Shown here piece after piece: positions 61,376 to 64,000 of a stretch of DNA of 64,000 nt. Numbering within the stretch: position 1 is the stretch's first letter; every line of letters starts with the position of its first letter. A program made the translations under genes and the position numbers. The DNA comes from an uncultured archaeon (GTDB taxonomy: Archaea; Asgardarchaeota; Lokiarchaeia; Sigyniarchaeales; SOKP01), in assembly GCA_964486045.1 (NCBI GenBank), contig CAZALK010000003.1:224001-288000 (forward strand), given 5' to 3'. A model generated the notes under the pieces. That model was given only the letters and a program-made list of their open reading frames with translations. It had not been told where the DNA came from and did not search any database.

Positions 61376-62398
61376 ATTAATAAAAAAAAACAAAAGAGCC
61401 TATCCAAGATATTTTTTATTATTCTCATATTTTCTCTTTCAGGAATTACATTTTCGGGGTTCAATAAGACGCATACTGAAAATATAGAATTTGATATACA
61501 AACTTCCGTTCTTGGAATTGAATTACGAGATAGAGGTTCGGCTTTTAGTGGAATTAGCCCACTTGAAGTTATTCCAACTGTATCAAATTTTACTGTTTGG
61601 GCAGATATTTGGAATAATGGATCTGACCCTTCTGGTGCTTTTAATGTATCCTTTCGTGCATCTGATAATGGTAACATTACCCCCTCTGACACCGAGATAG
61701 GGAAAGTAACAGTTTCATCAATCAGCGCTGGAGATAATGCTACTGCTAGTTATACTGGTATATTTCCTGAAATAACATTTGTAACATTTGGTCAACCCAT
61801 TGATTATAGTTTTATAATTGGGTTCATTATTGATGTAGACGATGATGTAGTTGAGGATAATGAAGTAAATAATTGGGGTTTTTTAAATTATGTAGGATCC
61901 GATGTAGTATATGTTGCTAATAAATCCGATCTTAGAGATAGAGGACCTACTTATTCTGGAATGAATGCAACAACCGTAATACCGGGAGTTACAGCTTTTT
62001 CGGTCTTTGCTGATATAGAAAATAGAGGATTAAAAGAGGCAGAAAGTTCCAACGTGTCTTTCTATGCATCTCTGGATACAAATATTACTACATCAGACTA
62101 TTACTTAGGGTATGATGCTCTACTACCACTCTCAAATGGAACTTTTGCGGATGTTTCCTGGGCGGGAACATTTCCCAACATAACAGAGGGATCATACTAC
62201 ATCGGTTGGATTATTGACGTGAATGATGATGTTGACGAAGGGCACGAAGAAAACAACCAAGCCCATATACTCACACAATTAATAGTGAGTATACCAGGTG
62301 CTTCCGGCGGGATTCCGGGGTATAATATAATTTTATTAGTTAGCATTGGATCTATTATTTCGGTCATCATTGTTATTAGGAAAATGAAAAGAAAATGA
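61376..62398 (+). CDS. Secreted protein with two CARDB-like Ig domains and IPGY sorting tail; probable ATT start
   Basis: Frame open from 61370 to 62398; signal peptide NKKKQKSLSKIFFIILIFSLSG; duplicated LRDRG...IG.IIDV.DDV.E..E.NN; AGGTGA SD 6 nt before ATT. Confidence 0.8.
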   Translation: MNKKKQKSLSKIFFIILIFSLSGITFSGFNKTHTENIEFDIQTSVLGIELRDRGSAFSGISPLEVIPTVSNFTVWADIWNNGSDPSGAFNVSFRASDNGNITPSDTEIGKVTVSSISAGDNATASYTGIFPEITFVTFGQPIDYSFIIGFIIDVDDDVVEDNEVNNWGFLNYVGSDVVYVANKSDLRDRGPTYSGMNATTVIPGVTAFSVFADIENRGLKEAESSNVSFYASLDTNITTSDYYLGYDALLPLSNGTFADVSWAGTFPNITEGSYYIGWIIDVNDDVDEGHEENNQAHILTQLIVSIPGASGGIPGYNIILLVSIGSIISVIIVIRKMKRK

Positions 62399-62686
62399 AT
62401 ATTAATTTACACTTTTTTTTATTTTTTTATTAAAGCCCCAATTTTTCGGTAATATCTTCTAGGCAAAATTTAAATCAAGGATTATTACAATCTTTTCACT
62501 GTCAAAAGAATTAAAAACACAGAGTATAATTTAATGCTTATTTGGAGAATTGTTGGTGTTTGGCTGCCGTAAGTAAACTTTATGACACTAGAGAAGGAGC
62601 AAATAAAATTTAATAATCTTAAGAATTAAATATTGTTTTTTCTTATTGATGTATAATTTAACCTTTAACAAAAATGTGAGAAAAAT

Positions 62687-64000
62687 ATGAAAAAAAAATC
62701 TACAATCACTAAATTTTTAATGACTGAATTACTATTGTGGGGTGTTTTCTCATTAATCTTGAGTTCTACACCTGTTTCTTTTCAAAATGTTACCAGAACT
62801 AGCGAATCTTTTAATCTTAAGTCTAGTGCTATGGATTTCTCAAATGCTACTGTAATTTCAGACGGATTTAGTGGTACTTATTGGAATGATGACAATAGCT
62901 ATAATCCCGCAGTTGCAGTCGATAGTAGCAACACAGTTCACATTGTATGGTATGATTACACTAGTGGTCCATGGGGCGTGGACGCCGAAATTATGTATGC
63001 TAACTACACTATTGCTACAGGTTGGTCAAATGCCACTGTAATTTCTGATGGATTTGGTGGTGTTTATTGGAATGATGCCAGTAGCTCTCATCCCGCAATT
63101 GCAGTTGATAGTAATAACACAGTTTACGTATTTTGGGAGGATTTCACTGATGGTCCATGGGGTTCCGATTTCGAAATAATGTATGCCAAATTCACTATTG
63201 CCACAGGTTGGTCCAACGCAACCGTAATTTCTGATGGATACAATGGTGTTTATTGGAACGATGCTGGTAGTTATAAACCCACAGTTGCGGTTGATAGTAG
63301 CAACACAGTTCACGTTGCGTGGCATGATTACACTAATGGTGTATGGGGCACGGATATAGAAATTATGTATGCTAATTACACTATTGCTACAGGTTGGTCA
63401 AATGCCACTGTAATATCTGATGGATTTGGTGGGGTTTATTGGAATGGTGGTATTAGCGCGGCTCCCGCAATTGCGGTCGATAGTAGCAACACGGTTCACG
63501 TAGTTTGGTATGATTGGACTAATGGTCTATGGGGCACAGATACCGAAATAATGTATGCGAAACATGTGACTGCAACGGGATGGTCCAACGCAACTATAAT
63601 TTCTGATGGATATGGAGGTGTTTATTGGAATGATGGAGGTAGCAGTAATCCTGCAATTGCTATTAATAGCACCAATGGAATTCATGTAGTATGGGACGAT
63701 GGGACTAGTGGTGTATGGGGCACAGATAGTGAAATAATGCACGTTGAATACATAACAGAGTGGTCAAATACCACCGTAATTTCTGATGGACAAAATAACA
63801 TTTTTTGGAATGATGGCAATAGTTATGATCCAGAAATCGTTGTGGATGGTAACGACGCTATTCACGTCGTTTGGGTGGACGAAACCGATGGTGCATGGGG
63901 AACCGATAGTGAGATAATGTACACTGAATTCACAATGGTGACTGGATGGTCTCTACCTTTGGTAATTTCTGATGGATATGGTGGTGATTTTTGGAATGAT
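62687..64000 (+). CDS. Paralog of the 59358 repeat surface protein, truncated by window end
   Basis: MKKKSTITKFLMTELLLWGVFSLILSSTPVSFQ, the same repeats and a similar upstream region. Confidence 0.9.
   Translation, partial: MKKKSTITKFLMTELLLWGVFSLILSSTPVSFQNVTRTSESFNLKSSAMDFSNATVISDGFSGTYWNDDNSYNPAVAVDSSNTVHIVWYDYTSGPWGVDAEIMYANYTIATGWSNATVISDGFGGVYWNDASSSHPAIAVDSNNTVYVFWEDFTDGPWGSDFEIMYAKFTIATGWSNATVISDGYNGVYWNDAGSYKPTVAVDSSNTVHVAWHDYTNGVWGTDIEIMYANYTIATGWSNATVISDGFGGVYWNGGISAAPAIAVDSSNTVHVVWYDWTNGLWGTDTEIMYAKHVTATGWSNATIISDGYGGVYWNDGGSSNPAIAINSTNGIHVVWDDGTSGVWGTDSEIMHVEYITEWSNTTVISDGQNNIFWNDGNSYDPEIVVDGNDAIHVVWVDETDGAWGTDSEIMYTEFTMVTGWSLPLVISDGYGGDFWND

Noticed and set aside
761-63742. Numerous short antisense or overlapping track ORFs (e.g. 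761-1060, 9761-10159, 40369-40851, 50204-50536, 63026-63325)
   Set aside because: They lie within well-supported genes on the other strand or frame and lack motifs.
59500-64000. CRISPR array or DGR in the repeat region
   Set aside because: Repeats are in-frame 186-bp coding units with no unique spacers; no cas or reverse transcriptase gene and no adenine-specific variation noticed.

Overview
AT-rich archaeal chromosomal window, almost certainly Asgard (Lokiarchaeia-like). The assignment rests on archaeal rpl10e, IPG(Y/F)-TM-basic C-terminal sorting tails, Rag-like and MglA-like small GTPases, longin, arrestin, LRR and HEAT proteins, and UGA-recoded selenoproteins. Main points: (1) The ORF track fragments an hdrA-mvhD-frhB cluster at 11.9-15.9 kb. 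HdrA has 4 and MvhD 2 in-frame UGA codons, all at conserved Cys positions, and one non-canonical SECIS-like hairpin follows mvhD. (2) A co-oriented cluster at 29.6-33.3 kb encodes an FrhB-family F420 oxidoreductase, a Rag-like GTPase and an arrestin-fold protein. The FrhB and the arrestin share a homologous ~90-aa C-terminal domain, suggesting a redox-coupled signalling module built from eukaryotic signature proteins. (3) Two surface-protein genes have no AUG/GUG/UUG ahead of their signal peptide and probably start at AUA or AUU. (4) Several accessory patches are bracketed by diverged duplicates of promoters or gene ends, and there is a structured ~90-nt dispersed repeat. (5) Metabolic genes include an isobutyryl-CoA-mutase-like trio, LutAB-like proteins, radical SAM enzymes and an acyl-CoA synthetase homolog lacking its catalytic His. 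No rRNA, tRNA, CRISPR array or intact transposase/integrase was recognised. All family calls are by eye from motifs; no database searches were run.
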